Assembly: GCA_964035545.1 (NCBI GenBank)
Contig: CAXIUT010000004.1
Span: 1-47,478, forward strand
From: Bugula neritina
Taxonomy: Eukaryota; Animalia; Bryozoa
DNA length: 47,478 nt
Direction of reading: 5' to 3'
Below the pieces are notes generated by a model. The model did not search any database and was not told the DNA's origin. It saw only the letters and a program-made list of their open reading frames with translations. The stretch's first letter is position 1; the number at the start of each line of letters is the position of its first letter. Below, piece by piece: positions 35,576 to 46,250 of this stretch. Position numbers and translations under genes: made by a program.

Positions 35576-36799
35576 ATGAAAAAATTATTACTTAGCCTGA
35601 TGTTGTTAACGGGCACTGGTGTTACCGGAATGGCCATTGCTGCCACTGACCATTCCGGTCACAAAATGGATCATTCCGCACATAACATGGAAATGGATTG
35701 TTCCGATCCAAAACATGCGCAGATGGATCAGTGCAAGGCGATGAATAGCAAAACGATGGATCATAGCCAGCACAAAGGCATGGATCACTCCAAGATGAAC
35801 CACGGCAAGCAACCGGCAATGGATCATTCCAAAATGAACCACGGCAAGCAACCGGCAATGGATCACTCCAAGATGAACCACGGCAAGCAACCGGCAATGG
35901 ATCATTCCAAAATGAACCACGGCAAGCAACCGGCAATGGATCACTCCAAGATGAACCACGGCAAGCAACCGGCAATGGATCATTCCAAGATGAACCACGG
36001 CAAGCAACCGGCAATGGATCATTCCAAGATGAACCACGGCAAGCAACCGGCAATGGATCACTCCAAGATGAACCACGGCAAGCAACCGGCGAACGCTATA
36101 CCAGTGAGTGATGGCTCAGCTACCGAAGACATTCCCATGCCGTTTCCGGGTGCTATGCACATGGTAGATGACCCTTTTCTGAGCAAATTCATTATTGATC
36201 GCTTTGAGATCATTGATAGCGATGAAGACGATAAGCCCATCCTGCTGGAAGCTGAAGCATGGTTCGGGAAAGACATCGACAAGCTTTGGATCAAGGCAGA
36301 AGTTGAGCGTGAAGGCTCACTCACTGAGGAAGCTGAATTCCAATTTCTCTACAGTCGTGCTGTTTCGCCCTATTGGGATATACAGGCCGGAATACGCAAA
36401 GACTTCAAGCCGGTTGAGCAGGAATGGGCGGCATTCGGCATTAAAGGGATTGCACCTTATTACTTCGATGTCGATGCCGCCCTGTTTTTCGGCAAGGGTG
36501 GCAAGACCGCAGCCAGTATTTCAGGTGAATACGAGCTGATGCTCAGTCAAAAAACAGCGTTAGTACCCGAGCTGGAAGTGAATTTCTTTGGCCAGGACGA
36601 TCCGGAAATGGGCGTTGGTTCCGGCCTGTCAGATATGAACTTCAGCCTGCGTTTACAGCATGAATTCCGGCGTGAGTTTGCGCCTTACTTCGGCGTCACC
36701 TGGACAAAATTGTTTGGTGGCACCGCCGATTACGCTCGTGATGAAGGTGAAGATACGAGTGACGCCCGTTTCATGGTGGGCGTACATGCGTGGTTTTAA
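35576..36799 (+). CDS. copB: Copper-resistance outer-membrane protein CopB/PcoB
   Basis: MDH-rich N terminus; YSRAVSPYWDIQAG, G.APY.F, RREFAPY.G, terminal WF. Confidence 0.95.
   Translation: MKKLLLSLMLLTGTGVTGMAIAATDHSGHKMDHSAHNMEMDCSDPKHAQMDQCKAMNSKTMDHSQHKGMDHSKMNHGKQPAMDHSKMNHGKQPAMDHSKMNHGKQPAMDHSKMNHGKQPAMDHSKMNHGKQPAMDHSKMNHGKQPAMDHSKMNHGKQPAMDHSKMNHGKQPANAIPVSDGSATEDIPMPFPGAMHMVDDPFLSKFIIDRFEIIDSDEDDKPILLEAEAWFGKDIDKLWIKAEVEREGSLTEEAEFQFLYSRAVSPYWDIQAGIRKDFKPVEQEWAAFGIKGIAPYYFDVDAALFFGKGGKTAASISGEYELMLSQKTALVPELEVNFFGQDDPEMGVGSGLSDMNFSLRLQHEFRREFAPYFGVTWTKLFGGTADYARDEGEDTSDARFMVGVHAWF
35780..36091 (+). repeat. 39-bp tandem repeat x8 encoding MDHSKMNHGKQPA
   Basis: Eight near-identical units differing only at synonymous sites. 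Confidence 0.96.
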
Positions 36800-36817
36800 T
36801 TTAAAGGAGAACAATCA

Positions 36818-37411
36818 ATGAAACATCTGACAAAACTACTGATTAGCGTTGGCGTCGTGAGCATTCTGGCGGGTTGTGCCAATAATGCAGCCAAAACAAT
36901 GGATCATTCCTCACATGATAAAGCCGAAAAAATGGCAATGAAACATGATGAGCATAGTGGACATGATAAACAAAAGGACGCACACGGTGACGGGCATAGC
37001 GATGGGCATGGCGAGCATGGTGGAGGCCATGCAGAAAGTGCGGTCGGTAAACCTGCGTCAGGCATGGCACCCACGAAAACCTATCAGGTCAGCATGCTGG
37101 ACTCTATGAAGTATGTGTTTAATCAAAAGCCTGATCTAAGTCCCGGTGATGTCGTGAAGTTTGTCGTCACCAACAACGGCAAAATCCCGCACGAATTCTC
37201 TATTGGTAATGCTGCTGAACAAGCTAAGCACAATGCAATGATGAAAAGTATGCCGGATATGAAACATGAAGATGGCAATACCGTCACCGTTCAACCAGGA
37301 CAGAGCAAAGCGCTGGTGTGGCAGTTCAGCGGCCACGATGAAGTGGTCTTCGCCTGTAATGTGCCCGGCCACTATGAAGCGGGCATGTTCCACAAAGCCG
37401 CTCTGCATTAA
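36818..37411 (+). CDS. Cupredoxin-family (CopI-like) lipoprotein with His-rich linker
   Basis: Lipobox LAGC; PHEF, CNVPGHYEAGM. Confidence 0.9.
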   Translation: MKHLTKLLISVGVVSILAGCANNAAKTMDHSSHDKAEKMAMKHDEHSGHDKQKDAHGDGHSDGHGEHGGGHAESAVGKPASGMAPTKTYQVSMLDSMKYVFNQKPDLSPGDVVKFVVTNNGKIPHEFSIGNAAEQAKHNAMMKSMPDMKHEDGNTVTVQPGQSKALVWQFSGHDEVVFACNVPGHYEAGMFHKAALH

Positions 37412-37428
37412 TAACAACACGTAAACCG

Positions 37429-37456
37429 CCAGACACTGCTCCCTGTGGTGTCTGGT
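37429..37456 (+). other. Intercistronic hairpin
   Basis: CCAGACAC...GTGTCTGG between the two cupredoxin genes. Confidence 0.4.
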
Positions 37457-37484
37457 CATTTCATTTCATCGACTAAAGGAAATA

Positions 37485-38018
37485 ATGATGAACAAATCCG
37501 TAACAACTGCTTTTAGTATTTTGGTATTGGCTGGTCTGCTGAGTATTGCGCCGCTACAAGCCAGTGAAGATTCACACAATATGGAAGGAATGGATCACAG
37601 CCAAATGGGCGAGGGCATGGATCATGGCTCAATGGGTGAAAGTAAAATAGGAAAATCCGGTAAAGGCATGGCTCCGACTAAAACGATCAAAGTCACCATG
37701 TTAGATACCATGCGCTTTGAATTTGACCAGACACCGGCATTAAAAGCGGGCGATGTGGTGAAGTTTGTAGTGACCAATAAAGGGAAAATACCCCATGAAT
37801 TTTCCATCGGTACACCTCAGGAACAACAGCATCACCGGGAAATGATGAAGGAAATGCCAAATATGGATCATGGCGATAGTGATAATGCGTTAACTGTCCA
37901 GCCCGGACAAACAGCACCGTTGCTTTGGCAGTTTAGCGGTAAGGATCAGGTCTTGTTTGCCTGTAATGTGCCGGGCCATTTTGAAGCCGGAATGAAGCAC
38001 TCAACACAGCTTAACTAA
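37485..38018 (+). CDS. Cupredoxin-family (CopI-like) periplasmic protein
   Basis: Signal peptide; PHEF, CNVPGHFEAGM; paralog of the upstream gene. Confidence 0.9.
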   Translation: MMNKSVTTAFSILVLAGLLSIAPLQASEDSHNMEGMDHSQMGEGMDHGSMGESKIGKSGKGMAPTKTIKVTMLDTMRFEFDQTPALKAGDVVKFVVTNKGKIPHEFSIGTPQEQQHHREMMKEMPNMDHGDSDNALTVQPGQTAPLLWQFSGKDQVLFACNVPGHFEAGMKHSTQLN

Positions 38019-38087
38019 CAAGCTATCACAGCGCATTTCCCTACTGATGCTCCAGTGGGGAATGTGCATGTCCATGGGATATGGTTA

Positions 38088-38510
38088 ATGTTAACGGTTA
38101 GTGATCTGGCAAAACAAAGCGGCATTACTCCGCACACCATACGTTATTACATCCGTTCAGGTTTATTGCCACCAAGCAAAACTCAGGAGAACAATTATCG
38201 CCTGTTCTCCACACAAGCGGTGCAGCAGGTAAAGTTTATTTATCAGGCAAAACGGCTGGGCTTAGCACAAAAAGACATCCAGCAGATTTTAGCAACGGAT
38301 CAAAACGAAAAAGTGTCTCCAGATACTGTCGAGAACATGACTTATCGTTTGGTAGAAGAACGTATCAGGACAATAGATGATGAAATCAGGGACATGCAGC
38401 AGTTGCGCCACAAAACTCAACTTGCCCTTGAGCAATGTCAGGATAGGCAAGGTCAAAGCCGTAGTGAGGGCAATGTGAAGTGTTTGATCGACGCTATTGC
38501 CAATATTTAA
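38088..38510 (+). CDS. MerR-family regulator
   Basis: LTVSDLAK..TIRYY..GLL..NNYR; two C-terminal Cys. Confidence 0.88.
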   Translation: MLTVSDLAKQSGITPHTIRYYIRSGLLPPSKTQENNYRLFSTQAVQQVKFIYQAKRLGLAQKDIQQILATDQNEKVSPDTVENMTYRLVEERIRTIDDEIRDMQQLRHKTQLALEQCQDRQGQSRSEGNVKCLIDAIANI

Positions 38511-38534
38511 AAATAATTTTTTTTGGAGAAAAAT

Positions 38535-38993
38535 ATGAAAGCGTTCAAATTATTTATCGGTATGTGTTTAATCGCTATGGTTTCGCCGGTCATGGCGCAT
38601 AGCAAATTAGTGGCCTCTGAACCGGCCAATGAAGCTGAGCTAATGGAAACTCCGCAGCAAGTCATGTTGGAGTTCAATCGTGAGGTACGACTGGTTAAAG
38701 TCGCTTTGACGGACGAGAATGATGAAGCCGTTGAACTGGAGTTCAAACCGTCACTGGATAAAAAAACCGTATTCGAGGTAGCTTTACCTGAATTGGAATC
38801 CGGGGCTTATCAGGTGAAGTGGATGGCGATGAGTGGGGATTCACACAAAATGAAAGGTGATTTTGGCTTTTCAGTTATACCATCTGAATCTGAAAATACG
38901 ACCACAAGCGAAAACAACCAAATGGATAAGGCTGTCAAAAAATCGCTGTCAAAACCTTGTGATCCAACAGTAGCGCCTGAAAAAGCTGTATGA
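38535..38993 (+). CDS. copC: CopC periplasmic copper-binding protein
   Basis: AH after signal peptide, W.AMS.DSH. Confidence 0.92.
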   Translation: MKAFKLFIGMCLIAMVSPVMAHSKLVASEPANEAELMETPQQVMLEFNREVRLVKVALTDENDEAVELEFKPSLDKKTVFEVALPELESGAYQVKWMAMSGDSHKMKGDFGFSVIPSESENTTTSENNQMDKAVKKSLSKPCDPTVAPEKAV

Positions 38994-39076
38994 CTTGCTT
39001 CTGATTTATCTAGCTGTTCAGGCATTTTAGTTCATTGGGGATGCCTGAAGGGTTGCTGTTATCAAAAGGTAATATC

Positions 39077-39988
39077 ATGACTGATCTATTAATCTCGCTG
39101 CTGAACCTGAGTAGCAAGCTATTGATTTATATCGGCAGTGCCAGCCTGATAGGTGGCTGGTTTCTGTTGCTAATTAATTCCGGGCATAGCGGGTTTAGAT
39201 CATTTATCCGACGCTCAATGTTAGCAGGAGCCATCGCTGGATTATTTGCTGTTGGGATTAACTTTTATGCGCAGGTAGGCAGTTTTGCTGAAAGTGGCTG
39301 GGAGGGTTTATTTGACCCGGATTACCAAATGATGCTCTGGGATTCACCGGTTGGTAACAGCGTCATACTGAGGCTCGCCGGTTTTGCGCTGGCTTTAATC
39401 ATTATCGTGTTCTTCAGGTTCGCACGTCAGCCAACCAGCACCCGTTTACCTCTATGGAAGACCGGTAACTCGATCCTGTTTTTTGTGTCACTGGTCTTGC
39501 TGTCATCGGCGTTTGCTTTGACAGGCCACACCGCTGAACAAACCTTGTTGATTCGGCTCCTGCTTTGGGTTCATGTATTTATTGCTTTGTTGTGGATGGG
39601 TTCACTGTTGCCGTTGTGGTATGCCTGTGGCGTCATGGAAGCGAAGCCTTTAAAGCAAATCATGCATCGCTTTGGATTAGCGGCGATGGGGCTGGTGGCT
39701 GTACTAGCAGTGTGTGGTGGTGTGATTATATGGCAGTTGCTGGCTAGTCCGGCTGAGTTGGTCACAACCGCTTATGGGCGGGTGTTATTGCTAAAGATCG
39801 GGTTAGTTGTCGGGATATTGGGGCTGGCAGCTTTACATAAATTTCGTTTGGTACCTCAGCTCACGGGTAGACCTGAAGCGACAAAATTACGGCGCTCTAT
39901 TCTGGTTGAGAGTTTGATTGGACTGGGTATTCTGGTAGTCACGGTATTGTTAACCACGGTAGTGGGGCCAGAGTTCATGAACGGATAA
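39077..39988 (+). CDS. copD: CopD inner-membrane copper protein
   Basis: TGH, H...W.GSL, T.YG..L.K; follows copC. Confidence 0.92.
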   Translation: MTDLLISLLNLSSKLLIYIGSASLIGGWFLLLINSGHSGFRSFIRRSMLAGAIAGLFAVGINFYAQVGSFAESGWEGLFDPDYQMMLWDSPVGNSVILRLAGFALALIIIVFFRFARQPTSTRLPLWKTGNSILFFVSLVLLSSAFALTGHTAEQTLLIRLLLWVHVFIALLWMGSLLPLWYACGVMEAKPLKQIMHRFGLAAMGLVAVLAVCGGVIIWQLLASPAELVTTAYGRVLLLKIGLVVGILGLAALHKFRLVPQLTGRPEATKLRRSILVESLIGLGILVVTVLLTTVVGPEFMNG

Positions 39989-39993
39989 AAAGC

Positions 39994-40959
39994 ATGAGGA
40001 ATAATAAGAAAGTGATGCGTTATCTATTGTTACCGTTATCCATTGCACTAATGATTATGGTTACCCCACTGTACGCGGACACAGGTGCAGATGATGTCTG
40101 GACAGCCTTACAGCCCGATGATTTAACCATCGTGCAAAATGGCCGGACAATTTATCAAACCCAGTGTGCAGCCTGCCACGGCGTGGATTTACAAGGACAA
40201 CCAGATTGGGAAATCCCAGATGCCTCCGGCAGGCTTCCCGCCCCACCGCATGATAAAACCGGGCATACCTGGCATCACAGCGATGACCTCTTGTTTGAAA
40301 TCACTAAATATGGCCCCGCAAAAGCGGCGGAAAAACCGGATTATCTGTCGAATATGCCAGCCTATGAACAGATACTCAGTGATAACGAAATCGTCGCTGT
40401 GTTGTCTTATATCAAAAGTACCTGGCCGAAACGGGAACGTGAATGGCAGGATGGACTGAATGCTGCTCAGGGACAAGAAGCCAACAGTAGCAGCGCAAAA
40501 AGCCTATTGGATAAACTCACCAGTGGAACATCGACAGGCAAGAGGATGGCAAGCAGTGGTCATACCACTGCAACAGCAGTAGTGGAAAGTGATGAACAAC
40601 CACTGGCAGTGGTCAATGATTTCGCCGCAGCGCTAAGTCGTGGGGATATGGGACAAATCAAGGCATTGGTCGCCAGCGACGCGATCATCTTTGAAGAAGG
40701 GTCTGTTGAGTGGTCTTTTGCGGAATATGAGCGTAACCACTTGCCCCATGACATCAAGTTTATGCGCCGGGTGGAACGTACCGTAAAAGATCAGCAAGAG
40801 ATACGTCAGGGGCCGCTGGCCATCGTGCTGACACAAGCAGAACTTAAAGGTAAAAACGCATCAATAATTCACATGGCTATGCTGGAAACCATGATTTTAA
40901 AACAGTCATCGACCGGCTGGAAAATTGTACACATTCACTGGTCTTCAAAAGTTTTATAG
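39994..40959 (+). CDS. Cytochrome c fused to NTF2/SnoaL-like domain
   Basis: CAACH, PAPPHD.TGHTWHH, MPAY; C-terminal IFEEG...WKIVHIHWSS. Confidence 0.85.
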   Translation: MRNNKKVMRYLLLPLSIALMIMVTPLYADTGADDVWTALQPDDLTIVQNGRTIYQTQCAACHGVDLQGQPDWEIPDASGRLPAPPHDKTGHTWHHSDDLLFEITKYGPAKAAEKPDYLSNMPAYEQILSDNEIVAVLSYIKSTWPKREREWQDGLNAAQGQEANSSSAKSLLDKLTSGTSTGKRMASSGHTTATAVVESDEQPLAVVNDFAAALSRGDMGQIKALVASDAIIFEEGSVEWSFAEYERNHLPHDIKFMRRVERTVKDQQEIRQGPLAIVLTQAELKGKNASIIHMAMLETMILKQSSTGWKIVHIHWSSKVL

Positions 40960-40969
40960 ATATTATTAA

Positions 40970-41503
40970 ATGGAGTTAAGCATGAACAAAAAATTAGGCG
41001 CATTAGCCATTATTGCCGTGATGGTGCTATCAGGCGGCTACTTCGTATTCTCACAACAGGGCAATGTTCAGGCCGAAGAGCAGGCAATGGTTGTTCCTGA
41101 TCCTGATTTGCCGGTGGTGACCGTCTATAAAAGCGCCACCTGCGGTTGCTGTAAAGCGTGGGTAAGCCATCTGGAAAACAACGGTTTCACAGTGAAAGCC
41201 AACGACGTTGGCAATATGCTGGAATATAAAAAACGGGCCAAATTAGGTGCCGGTATGGGGTCTTGTCATACCGCATTTGTTGACGGTTATGCGGTCGAAG
41301 GGCATGTCCCCGCAAAAGACATAAAACGCATGTTACTGGAAAAACCGGATATTTCCGGTATTACCGTACCGCGTATGCCAATGGGTTCACCCGGTATGGA
41401 AGTTCCAGGCCGGGAAGCCGATGCCTTTCAGGTAATCAGCTATAAAGACGGCGAGGAAACGGGGGTATTTACAGACTACCCCGCCGGATCTGTTTTCAAA
41501 TGA
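40970..41503 (+). CDS. DUF411/CopG-like periplasmic metal-binding protein
   Basis: YKSATCGCC..W, SCHTA, EGHVP, MPMGSPGME. Confidence 0.92.
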   Translation: MELSMNKKLGALAIIAVMVLSGGYFVFSQQGNVQAEEQAMVVPDPDLPVVTVYKSATCGCCKAWVSHLENNGFTVKANDVGNMLEYKKRAKLGAGMGSCHTAFVDGYAVEGHVPAKDIKRMLLEKPDISGITVPRMPMGSPGMEVPGREADAFQVISYKDGEETGVFTDYPAGSVFK

Positions 41504-41922
41504 CACAGCTGAAACACCATTCTATTTTGCTGCTGAGCGCATTAGTGCTGAGCGGCTGTTTCAAAGAAGAACGTTGGTATACGGACAGCCAGGTGACAGC
41601 GGGTAAGGCTTTGTTTGAAACGAACTGTATGAGCTGTCACGGCGTTAAAGCAGCGGGACTTGGGGAAGACTGGGAAAAAAAATTACCTGGGTTCCCGGCT
41701 AAACCACCTGCCCTGAATGGCTCAGCGCATGCCTGGCACCATCCAACGAAAGTGTTGTTGTACACCATCAATGAAGGTGGTGCGTCGATAGGGGGCAAGA
41801 TGCCCGCGTTTGGTGACAGTCTGAGTCAGGAAGAGAAGCTGGCAATTATTGCCTATTTCCAAAATTTCTGGGACGACGAGACCTATGGCATTTGGAAACA
41901 AGTTGATGAGCAAAACCCGTAA
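41500..41922 (+). CDS. Cytochrome c lipoprotein (duplicate of 337..759)
   Basis: Identical translation. Confidence 0.9.
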   Translation: MTQLKHHSILLLSALVLSGCFKEERWYTDSQVTAGKALFETNCMSCHGVKAAGLGEDWEKKLPGFPAKPPALNGSAHAWHHPTKVLLYTINEGGASIGGKMPAFGDSLSQEEKLAIIAYFQNFWDDETYGIWKQVDEQNP

Positions 41923-41943
41923 CCCAAACAAGCAGGAAGAATC

Positions 41944-42684
41944 ATGACAAAAAAAGCAGAGCTATACCGAATGATGACAGGTGACCACATCTGCCCTTTT
42001 GGTATTAAAGCAAAGGATTTATTAGCGCGTGAAGGTTATGAGGTAGTAGATCACCCTCTCAGCAGTGCTGAAGAAACCGAGGCTTTCAGAGAGAAACATG
42101 GGGTGAAAACAACACCGCAAGCCTTTATCGAGGGTAAGCGTATCGGTGGTTACGATGATCTGGTCAAGCATTTCGGTAAAAAGACGCTCAAGCAGGAAGG
42201 CACCACCTATCAGCCGATTATCGCTATCTTTGGTACAACCCTCTTAATGGCTTTCGCAGTGACCTATTTGGCAACGGGAGGATTAAGCCTGCTCATGGTT
42301 GCAGAACAATTTATTGCTATCAGCATGTGTGTGCTGGGCATTATGAAACTGCGCGATCTCTATGCTTTTTCCAATCAGTTTGTGACTTACGACTTACTGG
42401 CTATGCGCTGGGTGCGTTACGCGTATATCTACCCGTTTGTCGAAACAGGTGCAGGTATTTTAATGGTTGCCGGGGCGCTCACATGGCTATCAGCACCCGC
42501 TGCATTATTCATTGGTGCGATTGGCGGAATTTCAGTACTTAAAGCCGTGTATGTCGAGAAGCGCGAGTTGAAATGTGCCTGTGTGGGTGGTGATAGCAGC
42601 GTACCGCTTGGATTTATTTCACTTACCGAAAATGTGATGATGGTGGCTATGGCCGTATGGATGTTGGTGAAAAATGGGATGTGA
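41944..42684 (+). CDS. Glutaredoxin-MauE fusion (duplicate of 781..1521)
   Basis: Identical translation. Confidence 0.88.
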   Translation: MTKKAELYRMMTGDHICPFGIKAKDLLAREGYEVVDHPLSSAEETEAFREKHGVKTTPQAFIEGKRIGGYDDLVKHFGKKTLKQEGTTYQPIIAIFGTTLLMAFAVTYLATGGLSLLMVAEQFIAISMCVLGIMKLRDLYAFSNQFVTYDLLAMRWVRYAYIYPFVETGAGILMVAGALTWLSAPAALFIGAIGGISVLKAVYVEKRELKCACVGGDSSVPLGFISLTENVMMVAMAVWMLVKNGM

Positions 42685-42722
42685 TGTGAAGATGCTTAAT
42701 GGTTCCAAGGATTGAGACAACA

Positions 42723-43133
42723 TCACCCAAAAAATCCAATCACCGGCATCACTTCCTGTGGCACCCGCCCAGTAGCCACCAACAAGCGCCGCCAAACCCC
42801 AAATGGTGGCCGCTCTTCACCTGTTTTATAAGCCCGCAACCGGCGCACACCATTCTTCTTATTAAGCCCCAGAAACTCAGCAATAGCCTTATCTGACGTG
42901 TAAGACGAATGCCTTTTAAACTGCTCCAGATAAGCACAAATAATATCCGGATGCGGCGGCTTCCACCTATCCTCAGGCAACAGATGCTCATTACTGTACT
43001 GCGACTCATCCAACGCCAAATCCTTAATCACCGGCGCTTGCAGATTCTGCCGCAGCTGCTCAATCGCTGCGTTCGTTGCCTGCTCAAACACAAACCGCTT
43101 TTGCGCTTCCATGTTTGGGATCTTAATTTCCAT
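42723..43133 (-). CDS. KorC-like regulator (duplicate of 1560..1970)
   Basis: Identical translation. Confidence 0.65.
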   Translation of the reverse strand: MEIKIPNMEAQKRFVFEQATNAAIEQLRQNLQAPVIKDLALDESQYSNEHLLPEDRWKPPHPDIICAYLEQFKRHSSYTSDKAIAEFLGLNKKNGVRRLRAYKTGEERPPFGVWRRLLVATGRVPQEVMPVIGFFG

Positions 43134-43174
43134 CCTCTACCCCTTGAGAAAAGAGGGGCATTAGCCCCGCTTTT

Positions 43175-43462
43175 TTAAGTCATTAATAACGCGATATTCC
43201 GCACATCCTCAGTACGGATATGCACCAGGCTCAACGAGCCAACCGCCAACGGTCGCCACTGACCAACCTGGTGCAAATGCATAAACACATAATACAGATA
43301 ATCCGGCAAGATAAGGCCGGTGTCCTCAACCCTTACCCCAATATGATACGGTGAGAAAGTACGGGAAGGCTCCCCCACAGACTCAATCCCACCCCGACGC
43401 GTCAGCCAGAAATCGGCCCCCACAAAATCCGTGCGCACCTGCGCCACATCCTTTAATCGCAT
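43175..43462 (-). CDS. HsdS-TRD-like small protein (duplicate of 2012..2299)
   Basis: Identical translation. Confidence 0.6.
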   Translation of the reverse strand: MRLKDVAQVRTDFVGADFWLTRRGGIESVGEPSRTFSPYHIGVRVEDTGLILPDYLYYVFMHLHQVGQWRPLAVGSLSLVHIRTEDVRNIALLMT

Positions 43463-45374
43463 GTGAAATACCCGAGGTCATAACTAGCCATCTGAAACCA
43501 GCGACTTTCTGTAGACCACAAGTAATATTATATTAAAAATCAATAACTTAGACCACATAAACCCGACATAAGGCATTGATTTTATTAGCTAAAAATTCCC
43601 CTCATTCTGGCCCCGTCCAGCACCGAACCATCAGAAAGCCAGCGCAGCGCTTTGGCTTTGTGTTGGGCGGTACTGGTACGGCAGCACTCAGTTTCTAAAT
43701 CATTAGCGCGGGAGCGTGTCCGATCACAATCCGGACACGCTCATGTAAACCAAGCTTTTTTCTTTTGATCTTCTGCGCGTAGCGCCCAAACACCGCGCCC
43801 TGCGCACCGCACCGGTTTTCGCGAAGGGAGCGCAGCTCTACCCGTCGAAAGAGCTCAGCGCAGCGACCGCGAAGCGACAAAACCAAGGCGGCGCGGGGAG
43901 TAGACACCAACAGCCACGACCGCAGCGTTAAAACAATCCGTGTTCCAACCGCGCCGCAGCTTCATCGCGGGGCAATAGGGCGGAACGCTTACGGTTTGTT
44001 TTCACGCGGAGAGAGCGACCGGCCCGACACCCGCACCAGGCAATTAAAGGCCGCCGCCACGACCGCAACGTATCCCGCGAAGGGAGCGCAGCGACACCGC
44101 CGGGAGATCACCCGCGCAGCGACCACAAAAGGAGGCGCACGGGGGTTATCAGATAGGCACCACCCGCACCCGCCGACATTGCGTAGAGCCGCGCCCAAAC
44201 GAGCGAGGCCACCGGAGCCGTTACCGCAGCGACGGACTTAGGCCGCGTTTCGCCTGTCCCGCTCGCTGTTTAGCGGGGCAAGCCAGGCGAAACAAACCAG
44301 CGGCTTTAGTCCGACGCGGAGGGAACGAGCGCAGGGGGCAGAGTGAGAGCGGGCGCGGATCGGAGCAATAACAGACTAACCAGGTAAGGCGCACCGTTGG
44401 CCCTGTTGTTGCCTGCGTATAGGGTGGAGCCTGCGGAACCGTATTAAGCGAGCAAGAACCGGGACAATGTGCGCATCACTCATGGGGAAATTTTACATAA
44501 TAAAACTTTTCACGACTTTAGCCCCAAGCCGTACGGTCGGCGCGGGGCTAATGGCGTGACAAAGTCTATTATGTAACTTTTACCCATTCCTTAGCGTTCC
44601 AGAGCAGTACCAGGTACACCGACGCACCAGATCACATAAAACATAGCCCTGGCGTCCGGCTTGCTTTGGCAGGGGCAAGCATCATTTGGATATAAAAATA
44701 TCCGGTTGCGCCTGACAAAATGCAAGCCGGATGCCAGGGCGAATTAACTGCGCTTCTGCGGCAAAATCTCCCCGGCACGGCGGCTGCGCAATACCACAGC
44801 CATCTGATCCGGTATGGCCTGCAAAACCGTCCAGTACGCACCATCTACCATCAGGGCACACACTACCAGTACCCTCTAATCCTCTGCCAAACCCAAAAAC
44901 AACAGCGCCAGATACACCACCAGAACAGCAGGAACAGCAGGAACAGCAGGAACAGCAGGAACAGCAGGAACAGCAGGAACAGCAGGAACAGCAGGAACAG
45001 CAACAGGATGGCATTGCAACTGCGTCAACAACAACCACTATGGCCATGCGTCGCGATTAGGGCTTTTAGCCGGTGGAGCGCAGCGGAACCGGTTTAAAGA
45101 CCAAAGCGCGTAAGCATCACGGCTTTTCATTCCGTTTCGGTTTTCTTTTGGCGCAGCCAGAAGATAGCCGGGACGGAATGTTGATGAATGCTGGCTTGTG
45201 TGGAGCTTGCGGAACAGAAGCCCTCTTAACTAAAGCGGCGCGATACACCCTATACCACAGCCGCCAGGTACCCAGAATCCGCTAAGAGCCTTTTCTAATA
45301 TAACTTTTATAGTATTGGAATTTACAATTCGACCTGCTAGCTTCATAGACTCTATCCATCAACTTGATACGCAA

Positions 45375-45992
45375 ATGAATTTATCTAAAAAAGTACTTAT
45401 CCTTTCCATTGTCTTTGTAGCGGGCACAGCTGCATCATTCGCCTATCATCACAAAGAAAGTGGGTACTCAAGTTATGAGGAAATGCATAAAGCACATCAT
45501 GGTGATTCAAACATGTCTGGTAAACATCATCAGCAAAATCATCACCAACATGACATGGTTAGAATGCCTGGATTACAGGGCAAAGACACGACAGAACAAG
45601 AAGTTCAGGATCTCAAAACTATATTCATTTCTCACAAAGGCATTCAACGTGAGGTTACTAATCTTCCAAACGGCATTAAATCAACAACTGAAGCAGATGA
45701 CCCAACACTTAAAACCGCAATTATTACTCATGTCACTATGATGGTCTCACGGCTTCAAGAAGGAAGAAATCCTGAAGTCATCATCCAGTCACCAACATTA
45801 AGCGCTTTATTTGATGTTCATCAAGAGATTGAAACTGAAATTGAGATGACTGAAAAAGGAGTAACAGTCACACAGACATCTTCAAATCCAAAAGTCGTTC
45901 AACTTTTACAAACACATGCTGCCGAAGTAAGTGATATGTCAAAGAGAGGAATGCAAGCAGTTCATGAACGAATGAGTCGCGAATCTCATTAA
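45375..45992 (+). CDS. Exported His-rich protein (duplicate of 4212..4829)
   Basis: Identical translation. Confidence 0.8.
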   Translation: MNLSKKVLILSIVFVAGTAASFAYHHKESGYSSYEEMHKAHHGDSNMSGKHHQQNHHQHDMVRMPGLQGKDTTEQEVQDLKTIFISHKGIQREVTNLPNGIKSTTEADDPTLKTAIITHVTMMVSRLQEGRNPEVIIQSPTLSALFDVHQEIETEIEMTEKGVTVTQTSSNPKVVQLLQTHAAEVSDMSKRGMQAVHERMSRESH

Positions 45993-46250
45993 AGCACGGA
46001 GCTAACTGTTTATTAGAGCTAAATAATCATTAAATAACTTAGGCTTGCAAAATATCAATTTTAACGGACGGTTTTGCTGCCCCTTTGTTTTCATGCTTCG
46101 CGGTTTGTTCTGTGCGGTAAGCGCGCAATTTTACCTGTAACAGGATTTTGGTGAACAAGGCAGTACAACAGCCTTAAAGCTGTTTGATTATTGCCCAATA
46201 CTGAGGTAGTTTCCTTCATCTGAGTTCATCAGAAAGCAAGGCAATCCGCA

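Noticed and set aside
35606-36085. Repetitive minus-strand ORFs (159 and 143 aa)
   Set aside because: Antisense shadows of the copB repeat
35780-36091. CRISPR-like array
   Set aside because: Contiguous in-frame coding repeats with no unique spacers and no cas genes
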